Source: Nitrospirales bacterium
Lineage (GTDB): Bacteria; Nitrospirota; Nitrospiria; Nitrospirales; UBA8639
Reading direction: 5' to 3'
Assembly (NCBI GenBank): GCA_963422365.1
Contig: OY729426.1
Coordinates: forward strand, 96,001 to 160,000
DNA length: 64,000 bases
The notes below the pieces were generated by a model. That model was not told where the DNA came from. It saw only the letters and a program-made list of their open reading frames with translations, and ran no database searches. Each line of letters starts with the position of its first letter. Positions within the stretch are counted from its first letter, which is position 1. The position numbers and the translations under genes were made by a program. Positions 63,969 through 64,000 of this stretch are shown one piece after another.

Positions 63969-64000
63969 GTCGTTCCTGGGGCACAGGCAATGGGAGCCTG

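Overview
Bacterial chromosomal window. The gene content and order suggest Nitrospirota (Nitrospirales-like), possibly host-associated; this is inference, not a database result. Most of it is housekeeping: shc (partial), a type IV pilin, dnaB, hisZ, serA/serC, thyX-like, lnt-prfB-lysS-lolCE-lolD, uppP, xerD, trpS, gap-pgk-tpiA-secG, ilvE, rplU-rpmA-obgE-proB-nadD-rsfS-bioB and pyrD. There are two eroded accessory islands. Island 1 (~20.9-27.5 kb, GC-rich) holds one intact Ig-repeat autotransporter among remnants of an integrase, ubiA/dprE1-like genes, an IS5 transposase and an MmeI-like RM gene. Island 2 (~52.5-59.8 kb) is a decayed defence-type island with a broken SF1 helicase-nuclease, DUF1828/DUF6978-like pseudogenes and a methyltransferase tail. 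The most striking observations are: (1) the helicase-nuclease carries an in-frame ~91%-identical copy of the HTH of the stand-alone LuxR gene 5 kb away, with 13 of 15 differences synonymous; (2) lnt has no stop codon of its own and ends at the prfB frameshift UGA; (3) rsfS probably starts at AUU; (4) bioB contains an in-frame palindromic insertion. No rRNA, tRNA or CRISPR array was found.
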